From Phoronis australis (Eukaryota > Animalia > Phoronida), in the NCBI GenBank assembly GCA_002633005.1, contig NMRA01000127.1, positions 1 through 64,000 on the forward strand: a stretch of DNA of 64,000 nt. Reading direction: 5' to 3'. The position numbers and the translations under genes were made by a program. Under the pieces are notes generated by a model that saw only the letters and a program-made list of their open reading frames with translations, was not told the origin of the DNA and did no database searches. Below are positions 60,301-64,000 of the stretch, piece by piece. Positions within the stretch are counted from its first letter, which is position 1, and every line of letters starts with the position of its first letter.

Positions 60301-61459
60301 GTTAAAGCGGCATTATAACCCTTGCATTCTGTCAAAAATAACAAGTTTTGATTTAGGCCACTTACTGTTATAATATAAACTTGGTCTTATCGTGTTCCTG
60401 AATCCTTTTTGAAGTGATCCTTGGGATCAGGAAGAACTAAAACTTAGTTATTTTTTCAGACCAACCTCATAACCTGCGAGTTCAAAATAACGAACTGCCA
60501 GCTCTTTCCAAGCTCACAATTCATACTTGTTTTGACTGAGAAAAAACTGAGAACAATTTCGTATGTGTAAGTGGCCGAAGTCATTAGAAATCGACAGAGA
60601 TAACGAATTTGATACCACTTTTGAATATCTTCTGTGTTAGTGCAAATCGTTTTGCTCACAAAAGCACATGCACATGTCCTCACGAACATGGATTAAGTTT
60701 CGATTAAATGCTATGAAACAAGACCAAATTTCAAATTAAAAATTAAAACCAATCTCGCCCATTAAAGTTTCACCAAGTGGTGGTGGCCCATTAAGATACC
60801 TTTCAGTGTGATTCATGCTAGCGTATTAACTTAGAAACGGTCAAAATAAAATCATTGATTTTTACTGAGAGGCTGACCCATGTCAACTCAAGTGTGATTT
60901 CGATGTTAACTGACTTACGTGTTAGATAAGTGTACTTGTCACTGGTGTTAAGCTACTCAAATATTGGCTTCCTAACACAAAATTTTGATTCTTCCTTTCA
61001 CTTGGTCGACACTCGTTTAGCGCAATATTTCATGCGTGTTTTTGATGATTGAAAAAGTAGCATTGATAAGATGTTAGCAAAATTGTATATAACAAGAGCC
61101 AGTGAAAATATGTTGCCACCTAAGTTAATCATGTAGTTGTGTGCAAATCTTAATCTGATAGATCAGTTGCAGAAACTTAAAAGATACCACTGAGCACACA
61201 CGCGGTGTGTTCCGCAACAATAGACAGTTGTTAGCGCTTTCGCGCGTTAAGCGAATGCGTTTTTGAATACACTTCCGATTCCTGAGCCAATGATCATTAT
61301 TTTGTGTTCACGAGATGAGTATCTATAGGACAAGCAAAGCAAAACTGACATAATCGAAGAGGCGTGCTTCTCGATACAGTTCCTCAGTTCTCCCCCAAAT
61401 CTCTGTTTCGCACCTTGAAGAGTCTTGAGGTCGCCAGAGTTGTTCAACAATGATAATCT

Positions 61460-61590
61460 GGTATACGTGACGTCATCGGTCCCATTGTGTTTATTCATCC
61501 AATCAGCCACGTGCACCTTGTTGGTTTGGTGACGAAGTGTCCCAGCTGCCGAGTGGTGCACCATCACACCAGAAGTAACGTCAATTGTAT
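61460..61590. promoter_or_regulatory. Candidate proximal promoter of the ADCY8-like gene (CRE, CCAAT, E-box)
   Basis: TGACGTCA 61468-61475, CCAATCA 61499-61505 and CACGTG 61508-61513, at the start of a CpG-richer stretch about 1.6 kb upstream of the ATG. Confidence 0.4.
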
Positions 61591-62479
61591 GTTTCGTTAC
61601 GGGATTCGCAGATGTGTCATCCTCGGCTACTTTTCCTTAAATTCACGATAAGACGGCAAGTCAGAGGTCTAACGAGCACTAACATTTCCCCGCACCCAGC
61701 TGGTTTTCTCAGCCGTAAACAAGATCGTCAGCAGGTTATCGGTTTTCTGGCGAGACTTGCCGAAGCGTCGGGGACATCAGTCGGTCGTCGCCCAATAGTC
61801 TGGGCAACGACCGGTTGGTGCGTGACCCATGTTTTCCGACTTAAGTGACGCCACGTCGAACTACACTCATTGACATTTGACCAGTCTTAAGGGTGGAACC
61901 CAAACACGAAGGAAAATGTTCGTGTAAGTTTTGAAAACGACATGCCGTCCGTGTGGTTTCAGTATAGCGTCCGTTAGGAGGGTGGACCACCTCCCGGCAT
62001 TCTACTACGGATTCAGTTAGCATCAGTGTTGCCGAATTTTTGTTGTAGAGGAAACAGGAATCACATTCAAAACACATAGGCAGCAAATGGCTGAAACAGC
62101 GCTTAGTCAGGATTTAGTCATCAGTGTACTCAGTGCGTGATCTCGTTTTTTGACCCGGAGTCTCTCAGTTTGTCATCGTCGCCGACTACGGCGGGCCCAA
62201 TTCGAATCGATTTTCATGAACAACTCATTTATAAAGTCTCGTTATTGGCGCATTGTTATTATACCTCCTAGTAAGAAAATACCACACGATTATTACGCAC
62301 ATGCATAACCACACACAAGTAATTCATCTTGTGAAGTCCATGTACAGAGCAGGTACACCCGTGATATTTCGAGAGAACATTTATTACTTTTTGTTATTTA
62401 AAGTTCTGATTGCATGGTGCAGTGACTTACTATAGGAAATGCAGTTGCTGAATTGTAATGCTTAGGGGACAATGATATT

Positions 62480-62850
62480 TGTACTCGAAACGAACTCAAA
62501 ATTATTTTTGGCAGTTTCTCTGTTACTTTTGTGCGAACTCAGGATAAATGGTTAATAGACTTTGCTCGAATAGATTATGGTTTACGCATATGAGTTTCTA
62601 GTCCAAGTTTGTACTTGATGACCCTTGTATTCGTGCTACAAATTCGAGTAAAACCTCGACATTTCAAGTCCAAACCCCAACTTTTATCCTTAATGTTGGG
62701 TTTATCAACTACAAACTAGAACTAAGAATTACCCACGTAAGTCATTATGTACTCGAGCATAGAATAAAATAATAGGCACTTACCTTGAGTTCGCTCAAAA
62801 AGAGTAGAAAATGCCAAACATAATTTCGAGTTCCATTTCGAGTAAAAAGA
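62480..62850. repeat. Old dispersed repeat, homologous to 32200-32570
   Basis: Collinear similarity to the 32200 copy. Internal inverted pair TTTTGTGCGAACTCAGG and CTTGAGTTCGCTCAAAAA. Confidence 0.6.
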
Positions 62851-63084
62851 TTAGATTCCGGGCCCTGGTATTCATTTCTTGTCTTAGATGCACACGTGAC
62901 GGGTTGATTGATTGTTTTACAGGCACTTAAGACGTAAAGACATCGCGTCACGTGAGACTCCGCACCACACCAAGGAGTCTAGTTTAGATGACCTCAAAGA
63001 GCCTCAGTACTAAGTTTTTGTAGGCTTGAACTTGTGCCAAGGAGTGATATTTACAGAACGTAAATATTTTTATGGAAATCAAAA

Positions 63085-64000
63085 ATGGATATAGACGTGG
63101 AAAAAGGTTTCGTCGATATGCAGGACAGTGCTCGTCGGGTGACAGAGGATATGAGTCACTTTCAACTGCATAACGAACTATCGACAAAAGCTTCGGAAGA
63201 AAGAAACGCCCCCCGACCAAAAAAATTGGTATGGCAAAGGGCTGTTAAGAAATTAGTTGATCTTCAGCGCGAAGGCGAGGAGTTACCCGGGCTTGTAGCT
63301 AGAACTAACAGCTTGAGAAAAATCACGCCGGTTTCAAAAGAGTTTATCAAAGAAGTTAACGATAATGAGGAAACGTTTGAGCACCATTCGACAAGCAGCT
63401 CAGGTGGCAAGAACAAAACCAAAATTCACCCATCTTTTGATTCCTTTGAAGGACAAGCGGACAGGTTTTTCCCGTCAAGCTGCATTCGACGAGGTATTAT
63501 ATTTCCACTACTGAATCACACCTTTACATCTCCAGTAGCGGAGAGCTTATATCAAAGATACTTCAGACGCCAACAACAGAAATCTCTCGGAATCGTTCTT
63601 GCGATCAACTCACTAGCACACCTAATCCTACTGATATACTTCATGGTGATGTATGGACCAGCACATGTTTCGATACTTTTCTACACGTCCACAAGTCTGA
63701 CTGTAATTGCAAGTATTGCAATGTGCGTATTTGTAAACTGCCAGCAAGTATCGAACACGTACATACATTGGATTAGTTTCTCGACTTGGTTTATGTTCAC
63801 GTGCCAAGGCATTGTGGCCTTGTTATCTCCGTTGGAAAATCTAAAGAGTATCATCGGGCAACCATATGCCCCAGAGAGCATCGGCGGAGTTCTCATAACT
63901 ATTTTTGTATCGTACACAATGATTCACATCCCCCTGAAATGGGCTGTAGGGTGCACCACAATGACTTCCGGGATGTACATCGTGGGAAAAGGCATTATAA
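63085..64000 (+). CDS. ADCY8: Transmembrane adenylate cyclase type 8-like, first coding exon (N-terminus and first transmembrane cluster; runs off the window end)
   Basis: Open frame from AAAATGG at 63085 (in-frame TAA at 63061) to the window end. Contains KKLVWQRAVKKL, RGIIFPLLNHTFTSPVAESLYQRYFRRQQQKSL, several hydrophobic helices and ESIGGVLITIFVSYTMIHIPLKWAV. These parallel vertebrate AC8 segments as I recall them ([58 protein letters not shown]). Possible acceptor TTTTACAG| before 62923. Confidence 0.88.
   Translation, partial: MDIDVEKGFVDMQDSARRVTEDMSHFQLHNELSTKASEERNAPRPKKLVWQRAVKKLVDLQREGEELPGLVARTNSLRKITPVSKEFIKEVNDNEETFEHHSTSSSGGKNKTKIHPSFDSFEGQADRFFPSSCIRRGIIFPLLNHTFTSPVAESLYQRYFRRQQQKSLGIVLAINSLAHLILLIYFMVMYGPAHVSILFYTSTSLTVIASIAMCVFVNCQQVSNTYIHWISFSTWFMFTCQGIVALLSPLENLKSIIGQPYAPESIGGVLITIFVSYTMIHIPLKWAVGCTTMTSGMYIVGKGII

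Overview
This is AT-rich eukaryotic genomic DNA, most likely from an invertebrate animal, judged from GT-AG introns, metazoan gene families and metazoan transposons. The species cannot be determined from the sequence. I reconstructed three protein-coding genes by hand. (1) A complete 5-exon + strand gene (3616-17619, 522 aa) for a serine beta-lactamase/peptidase S12-like hydrolase with intact SxxK, YxN and HxG motifs. (2) A - strand gene (ATG at 32865, traceable to about 26693) for a secreted sushi/CCP-domain protein: signal peptide, two canonical CCPs, a Thr-rich linker and a third CCP lacking one disulfide pair. (3) The first coding exon of an adenylate cyclase type 8-like gene (63085 to the window end), which is absent from the ORF track. 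The rest is introns and intergenic DNA full of mobile-element material: a Helentron/DINE-like element with a tandem array of CTCF-like motifs, two non-autonomous Harbinger-type elements (one with a nested Penelope-like insert), CATG-ended MITEs with 5-bp TSDs, a TA-flanked MITE, and LINE, Gypsy and MULE-like relics. Most ORFs in the track are spurious. I see no CRISPR array, rRNA, intact tRNA or prokaryote-style novel system, and the findings are of modest to moderate interest.
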